Assembly: GCA_030390025.1 (NCBI GenBank)
Contig: CM059432.1
Location: 77,936,001-78,000,000, forward strand
Reading direction: 5' to 3'
Source of the DNA: Squalus acanthias
Lineage: Eukaryota
DNA length: 64,000 nucleotides
Made by a program: the position numbers and the translations under genes. The notes under the pieces are model-generated. The model was not told the origin of the DNA and did not search any database. It saw only the letters and a list, made by a program, of their open reading frames with translations. Positions 23,206 through 35,750 of the stretch are shown piece by piece (positions within the stretch are counted from its first letter, which is position 1; each line of letters starts with the position of its first letter).

Positions 23206-24389
23206 ATCATAGAATCATAGAAATTTACAGCACACAATCAGGCCATTTGGCCCATCTTGTCCACGCCGGTCGACAAAGAGCTATCCACCCTAATCCCACT
23301 TTCCAGCACTTGGTCCGTAGCCTTGTAGGTTATGGCACTTCAAGTGAATATCCAAGCACTTTTTAAATGTGATGAGGGTCTCTGCCTCAGGCAGTGAGTT
23401 CCAGACCCCCACCACCCTCTGAATGAAAAGATTTCTCCTGAACTCCCTTCTCAACATCTGACTAATTACTTTAAATCTATGACCCCTGGTTATCGACCCT
23501 TCTGCTAAGGGAAATAGGTCCTTCCTATCCACTCTGATTAATTACAGGCTTACTGGCCTGTAATTACTCGGTCGATCCCTTTCTCCCTTTTTAAACAACG
23601 GTACCACGTTAGCAGTCCTCCAGTCCTCTGGCACCACACCTTTCCTCTCTTACTTCTCTCGACAGTCTGGGATACATTTCATCCGGGCCTGGGGATTTAT
23701 CTACGTTCAAAGATGCTATACCCCTTAATACTTCCTCTTTCACTATGTTTATTTCACCTAATACTTCACACTCCTCCTCCCTGATTGCAATGTCAGCATC
23801 CTCCCTCTCTTTTGTGAAAACAGACGCAAAGTATTCATTAAGAACCATACCCATGTCTTCCGCCTCCACACACAGGTTACCTTTATGGTCCCTAATAGGC
23901 CCTACTCTTACTTTAGTTATCCTCTTGCTCTTAATGTATTTATAAAACATCTTTGGGTTTTCCTTGATTTTACTTGCCAATATGTTTTCATGCCCTCTCT
24001 TTGCTTTCTTAATTTCCTTTTTAATTTCACCCCTGCACTTTCTATACTCCTCTCGGCTTTCTGCAGTATTGAGTCCTCGGTATCCGTCACAAGCTTCCCT
24101 TTTTTTCTTCATCCTACCCTGTATGCCCCTTGACATCCAGGGAGCTCTAGACTTGTTAGTTCCACCCTTTTTCTTTAAGGGAACATACTTGCTGTGAACC
24201 CTCACTATCTCTTCCTTGAATGCCTCCTACTGCTCTGACACCGATTTACCTTCCAAGTTTCTGTCTCCAGTTCACTTTGGCTAAATCACCTCTTAGCTTA
24301 GTAAAATTACATTTTCCCCAATTGAGAACTTTTATTCCTGGTCTGTCCATGTCCTTTACCATAACTACCCTAAATCTAACTGAATTGTG
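23206..24389 (-). mobile_element. CR1 LINE, 5'-truncated with internal deletions, inserted in the PLE
   Basis: (TTCTATGA)n tail at 23206-23222; KENPKMFYKYI..LNEYFASVFT..KSPGPD; flanks ATCAT/ATCGT as a possible TSD. Confidence 0.9.
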
Positions 24390-24515
24390 ATCGTCAGAAC
24401 AGATGCGACGGAGAAACTGGGAGAATGGAATAGAGTCCTTACAGGAAGCGGGGTGGGAGAAGTGTAGCCCAGGTAGCTGTGGGAGTCAGTGGGCTTATAG
24501 TGGATGTTGGTAACC
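24390..24515 (-). mobile_element. Penelope-like element, RT thumb fragment; piece 3 of 3
   Basis: TNIHYKPTDSHSYL..CKDSIPFSQFLR..ICSD continues across the CR1 into DATFH at 23205. Confidence 0.82.
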
Positions 24516-24645
24516 TACTACTCAATACTTAGCTGAAACTTAACATCTATATATTTTATCTTAACACGTAGTTACAATGGAGAAGGAAATGAAGGGAATA
24601 GTGGCAGGGGGGAAATTCAATGACCACAGAATCATAGAACACTAG

Positions 24646-25515
24646 GGGGGAGAAATTCGGTATCGCCCCATTTGGGGTACAATTATCGGCCGTGCGCAAT
24701 GTTTAGTGCCTGGTGCTAATTATCGCCTCCAACTGCAAACTTGGCTTCTATCGCCCCTGGAGGTGATTGGAGCGCTAAATCAGGTGCTACACACCTCTCT
24801 TAAGGCGCTAACGCCGAGGAGCGAGGCGCTACCTCAGAGCGCTGGCGAAGCTCATGTGATGCCAGTCAGCAATGGAACACAGACACACTGGCGCCGGCCA
24901 GTTCTTAAAGGGGTGGGTCGATCTTGCTCTCCATCCACACCCTGCTTATTGCAGCCTTGAATCTCGGCCTGGAAAGACCTGTACATCAATTCTGCTGGAA
25001 AGAACGATGGAGAGGCCCAGGGAAAGAGCTCAGAGTGCAGCCCTCATAGCCTCTTCTAAATCGATGCAAGGAAGGTCAAATCAAAATGAACCTGCAAAGT
25101 GCTGCTCAGTACACAAAACTCCTTCTCTCCATTAGTCTCTCTCTCTCTCTCTCTCAGAATGCGTGGTGCAAAAATGTCGCCAACAAAAAAGGCAGGAAGC
25201 GGCCGCCTTTATATAGCGCTCCCCTAGTCCCTTCCCGACTGCAAAACGTTCCCCTCAACCTGTCATTGCTAGCGGCAGGCGGAAAAGGCAGGGGGCGCCA
25301 CTCAATATCCGGTCTGGGGTGCTACACGCTCAACTGAAGTCACGATCTGCGGGCGCAGGAGATCGTGGCAGTAGTGTTTAGCGCCGCCGCAAAATGTCTG
25401 GTCAATTTCGTGAGCGGCGCAAACATCGCCGCGCCCGGGCGCTAGTTGCTTTGCACCCAATTAGCCCCCTCTTAGGGTGCTAACGGGAGGAGCAAAGCAA
25501 CTGAATTTTTTCCCC
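24646..25515. mobile_element. PIF/Harbinger-like non-autonomous element
   Basis: Imperfect 15-bp TIRs GGGGGAGAAATTCGG / CTGAATTTTTTCCCC; 3-bp TSD TAG on both sides; CpG-rich interior. Confidence 0.8.
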
Positions 25516-26679
25516 TAGGAGCCCTAAAAATATTAGAAATGTGTTCAAAAACAGATAAATGCACTTCTGGAGAAAGAGGAGTTAAAGGGCAAATGACAGG
25601 AAGGTGTGGTTTAGATAAACAAAAGGCAGGGAGGCTTTTTGGCCAAATTATATTTCCTGTTCCTGAATTGACTGTTTCTGTGCATGGAATGTTTTCCCCT
25701 ATCATTCAATGTCTCCGAGGGACTCCTGCCTGCTAAACAGTAGCACAGCAGAATCTTGTCACCTAGTTAATGATCTGGTCTAAGTTTACACACTGGAACT
25801 TCAAGGACAATGGCTATAACTTACATAAATGTACAATGGGCAAGTGTCCAGTGGACAGCAATGAAAATTACATTCCTTCCCTGATTTGTGTGCGGCTCGG
25901 TAGAAGGACAGTATCACCATTTTAGAAGACATATGGATCTCCACTACTTTTGTTAGAAACATGTATGGGGCTTTTGGTCTATTCTTTTGAACCATTGTGG
26001 TGTTTCTAAGGCACCTAAATTAATATACCTTGAACCAGTGCAAGTTGTTTATGTATGAGACAACTGCGATGACATCTGCCCATAACAAAACAAAGACGGC
26101 CTCTATTATTGACCAGAAAGGTAGGCATGCTGGACTGTCTTGAAATCCCAACTGGTTGACAATCCTACACACAATCCATCTGGTTTATGTGTTATGGATC
26201 ATTTGTTCCCCAGCCCATGAAGGATACAGATATAAACAAATGGTGAGGAAGAGTGCATGTACACTTCCACTAGAATATTCTTTTTACATATCCACCGTTA
26301 GCAGGCTTCTATGAGAGACCGTCAGTGGACACACTCTACATTAATTCCAAGCTAGTGCAACTGTTTTGAGAGCTAGAGACTTTCACCTGGAGCTATGACC
26401 CTGGTTGCTGCCATCACTCCCAATTCTTGCATTTAAGTGTGCAACAAATTCACAGCCTCTGCCCCATGATAACTTGACTGCAGTTCCTATGCACATAAAT
26501 TTACAGTGCATGAAAATCTGACTATGCCATTCTTATCACATTACTGATCTCACACATCATTAATTCAAAACATGCAACTTTAACAGAAGCTGCCTCCATA
26601 ACATGGGAAATAAAATAAAAACTTACATCTGCCTTATTAAGGATGCTATTATTGCTGGTCTGTTTTACTTACAATTACA

Positions 26680-27260
26680 GAGAAATAGCAATATGGAAGC
26701 AGGCCATTCAGCCTAATCAGTCCCTGTTGGTATTCATCTTTCACAGAAGCAGTAGTCTTAAGACCATGTGCCTATCCGGTTCTCCTATCCTTTCATTGCC
26801 CTTTCCTTGAACTACCTATCCAACCTATTCTTAAATGTCACTTAACTCTGTTAGTGCACTCCACAGCCTCGTAACCCTCTGCCTAAAAGCATTTCTCATG
26901 CCCACAGTAAATCTCTTGCATTTAATCTTATATCAATGCATCCTCATTCTAGACCACTGGAAAGAGTCTGTTTCTATCTACTTTGTCCCTATCCCTTCAT
27001 AACTTTCAGCATATCATCCCATACCACCTGTTTTAATGAAACCCAAAGCCCCCACCCCCTCAATTTTTCAAGTCTTCCTTTGTATTTGTATTTCCTCATA
27101 TGAAGCAGTATCCTAGTGAATCTGCATAGTACCCTCTCTGGAAACCACACCGTACTGTGGAGCCCAAAGCTGCACAAAGTACTCACCATGGTCTTACTAT
27201 AGTTTTACATAGATTCACGATTACCTCTCAAAATGTTATATTCTAAACTTATTGCTATAA
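26680..27260 (-). mobile_element. Old CR1 3' fragment; continues at 31615-32130 beyond the inserted CR1
   Basis: ERVLCRFTRI..RLEKL; the right piece has the WQMEFN/KFAD region in antisense. Confidence 0.7.
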
Positions 27261-27643
27261 AACCTGAGAGGGAGCGAGAGCGGAACCTGAGGATATAAAG
27301 AGCGTGGCAAAGCGAGGCCAGAGAGCAGAGGCAGCGGACCTGAGAGGGAGCGAGAGTGGAGCCTGAGGATATAAAGAGCGCGGCAGGGCGAGGCCCGAGA
27401 GCGGAGGCAGTGGACCTGACAAAAAAAACAAGGAGTGATATCACAGGAAAGCAGGGAAGTGATTGGTTGGTCAGTATTTCTCTCTATCTTGGGCATTGGT
27501 TTAAATTAAGAGCCGGGATTAAAAACTAAATGTTCAAAAAGAGGGAGCTGATTGGTGAGTATCTGGTAAGTGTTTTTACTTGGCTTTCTTAAAGTTTTTA
27601 AGTTTATCCAGCTAGGTTAGTAAATAGTCTGTTAATTAGAGGT

Positions 27644-28587
27644 ATGGCAGGGCAGCTCACACCCATGAAATGCACATCCTGTGCCATGTCCTGGACACCT
27701 CCCGTGGTCTGGACGACCACATGTGCGGGAAGTGTCGCCAGCTACAGCAGCTCAAGCACCGGGTTACGGGGCTTGAGCGGCGGCTGCAGTCACTGCTGTG
27801 CATCCGCGAGGCTGAGAGCTACGTGGCTAGCACGTTTCGGGAGGTGGTCACCCCGCAGCTTAAGAGTGTGCAGGCAGAGAGGGAATGGGTGACCGTCAGA
27901 CAGAAGAGGAGAACCAGGCAGGTAGTGCAGGAGTCCCCTGAGCCCATCTTGCTCACCAACCAGTATTCGGTGCTGAGTACTAGTGAGGGCGATGGTTCCT
28001 CTGGGGAGTGCAGCCAGAGCTAAGTCCACAGCACCATGGAAGGCTCAGCTGCACAGGCAGGGGGGAAGAGGAGAGGGAGAGCAATAGTGATAGAGGATTC
28101 AATAGTTAGGGGAGCAGACAGGCGTTTCTGTGGCCGCAGACATGACTCCAGAATGGTATGTTGCCTCCCTGGTTCCAGGGTCAAGGATGTCACTGAACGG
28201 CTGCAGGGCATTCTGAGGGGGGAGGGTGAACAGCCAGAGGTCGTGGTCCATATCGGTACCAACGACATAGGTAGGAAGAGGGAGGAGGTCCTGCAGGCAG
28301 AGTTTAGGGAGCTAGGAAAGAGGGTAAAAATCAGGACCGCAAAGGTAGTAATCTCCAGATTACTACCAGTGCCCCGTGCTAGTGAGTACAGAAATAGGAA
28401 GATAGAGCAGATGAATGCATGGCTGGAAAGATGGTGTAGGAGGGAGGGTTTCAGATTCCTGAGGAATTGGAACCGTTTCTGGGGGAGGTGGGACCTCTAC
28501 AAGCCAGACGGGTTGCACCTCAACGGGAACAGGATCAATATCATCGCGGGAGGGTTTGCTAGTGCTGTTGAGGAGGGTTTAAACTAG
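27644..28587 (+). pseudogene. CR1 ORF1: zinc finger/leucine zipper plus SGNH esterase-like domain
   Basis: MAGQLTPMKCTSC..CGKC, IEDSIVRG, CCLPG, VVHIGTND, DGLHLN; one frameshift and one stop. Confidence 0.9.
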
Positions 28588-31530
28588 CTTGGCAGGGGAA
28601 TGGGAACCTAAGTATAGAGTCAATAGGGAGGGAAGAAAAACTGGAATTGGAAAACAAAAATGTAGAAAGTAAATTGGAAGGACAGAGGAATCAAGGGCTA
28701 GATAGTAGTCAACAAGGAGGTTTGCCTGTACTAAATGGTATATACTTCAATGCAAGGAGTACAGCGAACAAGGCAGATGAGCTGAGGGCACAGGTAGATA
28801 CTTGGGACTATGATATTATAGCTATTACAGAGACGTGGCTGAAAGAGGGACAGGTATGGCAACTCAACATTCCTGGTTACAGGATTTTCAGACAGGATAG
28901 AGAGGGAGGTAAAAAAGGGAGGGGGGGTCGCGCTATTGATTGAAGAAACTATTACAGCTGTGAGGAGGGATCAAACGAGGCCATATGGGTCGAATTGAAA
29001 AACAAAAAAGGGGCGATCACACTGCTGGGAGTGTACTACAGACCCCCAAACAGTGAGAGGGAGATAGAAGAACAAATATGTAGACACATTTCTGAGAAGT
29101 GCAAAAACTATAGGGCAGTAATAGTAGGGGATTTCAACTACCCCAATATTAACTGGGATAAAATTAGTGTGAAGGGTATAGAGGGTGTGGAATTCCTAAA
29201 ATGCATCCAGGAGAACTTTTTTAGTCAGTATGTAGCAAGCCCAACAAGGGAGGGGGCGGTTCTGGACTTAGTTTTAGGGAATGAAGCTGGGCAGGTAGAA
29301 GGCGCATCAGTGGGAGAGCATTTTGGTGCTAGTGACCATAATTCTGTTAGGTTTAAGGTAATTATGGAAAAGGACAAGGATAGATCAGGAATAAAAATTC
29401 TAAATTGGGGAAAAGCAAATTTTGCTAAGCTCAGAGGGGATTTAGCCATAGTGGACTGGAAACAGCTACTTGAAGGTAAATCAGTGTCAGAGCAGTGGGA
29501 GGTATTCAAGGAGGAGATCCAAGGGTTCAGACCAAACATGTGCCCTTAAAGAAAAAAGGTGGGACTAACAACTCTAGAGCCCCCCTGGATATCTAGAGAC
29601 ATATAGGGTAGGATAAAGAAAAAAAGGGAGGCGTATGACAGATACAGAGGGCTAAATACTCCAGAATTTTTTTTTTTTTTTTTTAAAGAGGAGTACAGAA
29701 AGTGCAGGGGGGCAATTAAAAAGGATATTAGGAAAACAAAGTGAGAGCATGAAAAATTCTTGGCAAGTAAAATCAAGGAAACCCAAAGATGTTTTATAAA
29801 TATATTAAGAGTAAGAGGATAACTAAAGAAAGGGTAGGGCCTATTAGAGATCATGAGGGTAATGTGTGTGTGGAGGCGGGAGATGTCAGTAGGGTTCTTA
29901 ATGAATACTTTGCGTCGGCTTTCACAAAGGAGAGGGGCGAAGCAGACATTGCTATCAGGGGGAGGAGTGTGAAATATTAGATGAAATAAACACAATGAGA
30001 GAGGAAGTATTAAGGGGTTTAGCAGCTTTAAAAGTGGATAAATCCCCAGGCCCGGATGAAATGTATCCCAGGCTGTTAAGCGAAGCAAAAGAGGAAATAG
30101 CAGAGGCCCTGACCATCATTTTTCAATCCTCTCTGGCTTCAGGTGTGGTGCCGGAGGACTGGAGGACTGCTAACATGGTATCCTTGTTTAAAAAGGGAGA
30201 AAAGGATAGACCGAATAATTACAGGCCAGTCAGCCTAACCTCAGTGGTGGGAAAATTATTGGAAAGAATTCTGAAAGACAGGATAAATCTTCATTTAAAA
30301 AGACACGGGTTAATCAAGGATAGTCAGCACGGATTTGTTAAGGGAAGGTCGTGTCTGACAAACTTGATTGAATTTTTTGAGAAAGTAACAAGGAGGGTAG
30401 ATGAGGGTAGTGCGTTTGATGTAGTGTATATGGACTTTAGCAAGGCTTTTGATAAGGTTCCACATGGCAGATTAGTCACGAAGTTAAAAGCCCATGGGAT
30501 CCAGGGCAAAGTGTCAAGTTGGATTCAAAATTGGCTCGAAGACAGGAAGTAGAGGGTAATGGTTGATGGGTGTTTTTGTGACTGGAAGGCTGTTTCCAGT
30601 GGGGTTCCGCAGGGCTCAGTACTAGGTCCCTTGCTTTTTGTGGTATATATCAATGATCTAGACTTGAATATAGGGGGTATGATTAAGAAGTTTGCAGATG
30701 ATACTAAAATCGGCTGTGTGGTTGATACTGAAGAAGGAAGCTGTCGACTGCAGGAAGATATCAATAAATTGGTCAGGTGGGCAGAACAGTGGCAAACGGA
30801 ATTCAATCCGGAGAAGTGTGAGGTAATGCATTTGGGGAGGACTAACAAGAAAAGGGAATACACATTAAATGGTAGGACACGGAGTAGTGTAGAGGAACAA
30901 AGGGACCTTGGAGTGCATGTCCACAGATCCCTGAAGGTAGCAGGCCAGGTAGATAAGGTGGTTAAGAAGGCATACGGAATGCTTGCCTTTATTAGCTGTG
31001 GCACAGAATACAAGAGCAGGGGGGTTATGCTTCAACTGTATAAAACACTAGTTAGCCCTCAGCTAGAGTACTGCGTGCAGTTCTGGTCACCACATTACAG
31101 GAAAGATGTGATTGCACTAGAGAGGGTGCAGAGGAGATTTACAAGGATGTTGCCGGGAGTACAGAATCTTAGCTATGAGGAAAGACTGGACAGGCTGGGT
31201 CTGTTTTCCTTGGAACAGAGGAGGCCGAGGGGGAACATTATTGAGGTGTATAAAATTATGAGGGGCATAGATAAAGTGGATAGAAAGGACCTATTTCCCT
31301 TAGCAGAGGGGTCAAAAACCAGGGAGCATAGATTTAAAGTAATTAGTGGAAGGTTTAGAGGGGATTTGAGGGGAAATTTCTTCACCCAGAGGGTTGTGGG
31401 GGTCTGGAACTCACTACCTGAAAGGGTGGTAGAGTCAGGAACCCTAACCACATTTATAAAGTACTTGGATGTGCACTTGGGATGCTCTAACCTGCAGGGC
31501 TATGGACCAAGAGCTGGGAAGTGGGATTAG
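28578..31530 (+). pseudogene. CR1 ORF2: AP endonuclease plus reverse transcriptase
   Basis: [59 protein letters not shown]. Confidence 0.95.
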
Positions 31531-32298
31531 GCTGGATAGCTCTTTGTTGGCCGACACGGACACGATGGGCCGAAATGGCTTCCTTCCGTGCTGTAACTTT
31601 CTATGATTCTATGAATATTGAATTAGGTTTATTATGGTTTTATCCACTTGAGGTACTGTTTTTAATGTCTTGTGAACCTGAATCCTATAAATCTCTGTTC
31701 TTCCACATCCCCAGTTTAAAATATAATTATCACATTTTTTTAAAACCAAAATGCACTACAGTACCTCACATTTTACTGACATTGAATTCCATTTACCACT
31801 TTTGTTGCCAATTCTACCATTTTATCAATATCCCCTTGCAGCTTCCTTTGGTTCTCATAATTATTTACTGTGGCTGCTATTTCAGTATTGTCTGCAAATT
31901 TGGACAACACTCCCTCTAGCCAGATATCCAAATCATTAATATACAGAGTGTACAGAAGCAGCCCCAGAACAGAACGTGTAGGAAACTGCTACCCACTTCT
32001 AACTACCCTGAAAAACTGCCCTTAACTCCTACTCTTGCTTCCTCCCTTCTCACTAGTTTTTAATCCAGTGCAGCATTGTTGCTTATTCAAGTTTGATACT
32101 TTTAACTTAAAAAAAAGCTTTCAAAAGTTTGGTACAGATAAGTGAAAATGTATTATAACCACACACTTAACATATATTATGCAAACCAATAAACAAGTTC
32201 TGTGTTTATACAATTTTTTGTTCCTTCTTATATCACATGACTGTTCTCAAAACATTTTTTCATACTGCTGCATTTCACAAACTTTTGACCATTTTTTT

Positions 32299-32334
32299 TT
32301 AACAGAGAAAGGTCTTGAGGTTGGGGAAGGTTAC
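32299..32334 (-). CDS. Candidate terminal coding exon (VTFPNLKTFLC*) of an unidentified host gene
   Basis: CATTTATAG acceptor; phase-compatible with 45604-45666; followed by AT-rich unique sequence, but no canonical AATAAA seen. Confidence 0.25.
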   Translation of the reverse strand, partial: VTFPNLKTFLC

Positions 32335-33279
32335 CTATAAATGTTGTGTTTTAAAGTATAATGAATTCACACAAGTTTAAAAAAATAAGACATTCAGACA
32401 ATAGGTAGTTAAGATGCTAATGAACTAGCTTTGATATTGTGGATAGACTGTGGCCGATGAGCTGTTCATTCGCTTGTCTCGATAAATCAATAAATAACGC
32501 GGCCATTTTGTTGGCCCCAGGCTCCTGGTATGGGAACTGGCAGACCTTCCCTTTCTGATAAAACACAGGCAGAAATGGCTGATAAATGGCTAGAATTTAG
32601 GAACGACTAGTCAGAAATCATTTTAAGTCAAGGCTATCGCTGATGTAGGGAGGCGTAGCGTATTACTAAGTGAATCTAATCATAACTATTGCTCAGAATA
32701 TTAACTCACTGTGAAATAAAGCAGCTTAATTATTTGTATCTGGCCTTATTTCAGCAATTGTTCACTCGGTCCACCTCCAAAGAGATTGAAGCAATACACG
32801 TGTAAAAGGCACGAACAGTCAGTCAGAAGAGGGTGTTATTGTTACACCCCCAGGCTATGTTATCGTGTAACTAGAGATATGGCAGTGTAAGTCAACTACC
32901 ATAAAACTAAGACACTCAGACTGCTTACTAAGACCACTGAACCAGAGAAGGTATCTGCAGCAAACGCAAATTGGGAACTACTATCAATTTCAAGTATGGT
33001 TACATGTATTATTATATCCCACAGTTTCTGCAATTTTAATTTCCTTTGTATCCCATCAGTTATTGTGAATTAGCTCTACTCTTATTTTAGCTTAGGTGGA
33101 TTGTGTGTTTGGTGGCTGCAATTATGCATAACTACCTCATTATATACTTATGGGGTTAATTTATTGGTTGCACCTGATCTTTATGCATTTTCCATTTTTT
33201 TTGTCTTTTATATTCTCTCACTCTAGTTTTTCTGTGGCCCATTCTCATTGTTATATCCTTCTTTATCTTCTAAGAAGAG

Positions 33280-34260
33280 GGACCAATCGTGACAAGAACC
33301 TTGCTGACTATTGGGAGGTGGCTGATCGGGCGGTAATTGATCAGGTTAGATTTCTCCTGCTTTTTCTGGATAGGGCACACTTGGGTAACTTTCCACATTA
33401 TCGGGTAGATGTCAGTTATGTTGTGCAGGTCATCAGCAGGGATGTTATCAAAACCCACATCCTTTGCTGTGTCCAATGTACCCAGCTACATTTTAATGTT
33501 ACTTAGAATGAACCTAATTGGCTAGATATCGGCATTCATGATGGTGGGGACATTATGATTGTTCACTTGCCACTTTTGGCTGAATACTTCAGCCTTGTCT
33601 CTTACACTCACGTGCTGGGCTCCACCATGGTTGATGATGGGGATGTTAATGGAGCCTCCACCTATCTCTTAGTTGCCGGATTGTCCACCACCATTCTCAA
33701 GTTTGCTCTGATCCATTGTTTATGGAACCACTTTTGTTATTTAGCATGCAGGTAGCCCTGTGTTATAGTTTTGTTAGGTTGGTGCCTCATTCTAAGGTAT
33801 GCCTGGTGCTGATACTTGCATTCCCTTCCAAGCTCTCATGAACTAAGCTTGCTGGAGGAGTGAGTAATGTGCCGGACCATGAAGTGTGGTGGTGTACAAT
33901 TCTACTGGTGACTTGTAGCACCATGTAGATGCCCAGTTTTAGGTTCCTAGATCTGTCGTACTTAGCATGGTGGTAGTGAGATAGAAGATCTCCTCACTGT
34001 GAAGGTGAGACTTTGTCTTCACAAGGACTGTGCACTGGCCATTCCCACAAATATTACGGACAGATATATCTCTGACAGAAAAGACGAGGTCAAATACATT
34101 ATTCCCTTACCAGCTATGGTATGCTCAGTCTGACAACAAGTTCCTTCAACACTTGGCCAGCTTAGTCAGTGGTGGTACTACTGATCCACTCACTGTACAT
34201 TTTGTGCCCTCAGTACTTCCTCCAAATGATGTTCAAGATGCAGGTGGACTAATTCATCGA
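33280..34260 (-). mobile_element. Old copy of the same LINE family as 12445-14250
   Basis: DTAKDVGFDNIPA..MWKVTQVCPIQKK..NYRPIS. Confidence 0.7.
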
Positions 34261-34329
34261 ATGAATGGTGCAATAAGTGGTTATCAGCAGGAGGTTTCTT
34301 GGCCTTGTTTGTGTTTTGAGGGTGAGTTT

Positions 34330-34545
34330 TTTTGAGGAGCAGGGTGATGATGGCAGTTTTGAAAGGGAGGAGGACAGCACCTGAGGAGAGAGAACCATTT
34401 ATAATGATAGCTAACACGGAGGCCAAGAAGCCAGATTGGGTGTTCATCAGTTTAATGAGAATGAGTTCAGCAGAGCCAGAGGTGCGTCTCACGGACAAGA
34501 TAAACTCAGACAAGGAATAAGGGGAGAGGATAGAGAAACTGGAGA
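34330..34545 (-). mobile_element. L2 fragment
   Basis: IINGSLSSGAVLLPFKTAIITLLLKK. Confidence 0.7.
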
Positions 34546-34752
34546 AAGGCTTGGAGCATCATATGTGGGCCAGCTCATGAAAGAAATGTGCACCATGTAT
34601 GGGACAGAACATAAATTCCACGACCCATACCACCTGTAAGCATCAGGCTTGGTGGAAAGAACGAATAGAACAGGTAAGACTATGCTAAAGGTGGTCATCA
34701 GAGAGACTGGGACCATAAAGTGCCCCTGATTTTGATGGTAATTAGAAAAAAC

Positions 34753-35350
34753 TGGCCCCGATATTAACAAGAAGGCAGGGATGTGCAGGGGAGCCCGGTA
34801 ACGGGCGAAGAATCCAAAAAGATCGGGGGTGTGGTGGTCCTGCCGATCTTAACGGCAGGTCCTCGTTTAAATAATTTTGTGCAGACTCCCATGCAACCGC
34901 TGATCAAATTGAGAGCCTGGCCAGCAGGCGCAAGGAAAAATTATCGGCAGGAGGACGCAGCCAGGGACCCGTGGGAATGGTCAGTGGGAGATGGGTAAGT
35001 CTTTGGGCTATGATCAGGATTGGGGGTGGGGGGGGGGGGGGGGGGAGGGGGCGTAATGAGCCAGCAAGATCGGGGCTGTAATGGGGGGGTGGAATCCAGC
35101 AAGATCAGGGCTGTGATTGGGATCTATCAAGATTGGGGCTGGTGTGCCGAAGGCTTCCTTGTGAGGACTAGGGGAGCACTCCTGCTCCTCCTGGCCCACA
35201 AGGAGCCTAATATCTTAACTGGGCCTCTTCTGACCAGTCAGCTCCTCCTGCCGTGTTGCTGCTGCTGGGCAGTATGGTGAAAAAAATAAGTCACGGCGCC
35301 AATGACATCAACGTGCTGCGACTTTTGAATTTTAACTAGACCCCCGCCTG
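34753..35350. mobile_element. MITE-like element, inverted relative of 8430-9127
   Basis: Starts GGCCCCGATATT; CCTGCCG-ATCTTAA-CGGCAGG hairpin; GGGGAGCACTCCTGCTCCTCCTGGCCCACAA. Confidence 0.6.
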
Positions 35351-35574
35351 CCTTTTGTTGTTGACTTTACTCGAAGAAATGCAGGAAAGGATTTAGATGC
35401 ATCATGGCCTCCAATAGTGTCAGAAGGTGACAGGAGTAAGAAGCATAAGACAATGGTTAGGAACAGGAGCCGCTGCAGGTACTGCTGCGTGGAATAGAAC
35501 TGACAATGTTGATGTGGGAACATGATGAGGATCATGCGAAAGCAATTGAAATGACTGCTTAAAGGAATATAAAG

Positions 35575-35750
35575 AATTAAATTGAGTAGACTAGTCCTAT
35601 ATTCCCTAGAGTTTATAAGAATGAGAGGTGATCTCATTGAAACATATAAAATTATTAAGGAGCTTCACAGGGCAGATGCTGGAGGATGTTCCCCTGGCTG
35701 GGGAGTCTAGAACTAGGGGTCACAGTCTCAGAATAAGGGGTCGCCCATTT
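35575..35750 (+). mobile_element. CR1 3' ORF2 fragment
   Basis: RMRGDLIETYKI..PLAGESRTRGHSLRIRGRPF. Confidence 0.8.

Larger units (their letters stand above)
27261..31614 (+). mobile_element. Near full-length CR1 LINE (inactive)
   Basis: 5' UTR with a duplicated unit of about 76 bp, ORF1, ORF2 and TTCTATGATTCTATGA tail. Confidence 0.95.

Noticed and set aside
23530..23560. Shared deletion breakpoint with the CR1 at about 56720, suggesting spliced CR1 RNA
   Set aside because: The upstream breakpoints differ and this junction has short inverted filler, which fits DNA repair better.
28036..28587. Host SGNH/GDSL lipase gene
   Set aside because: It is the esterase-like domain of CR1 ORF1, present in four TE copies in this window.
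30559..31530. Active reverse transcriptase gene
   Set aside because: Upstream ORF2 has stops, frameshifts and a poly-T insertion at about 29666-29684.
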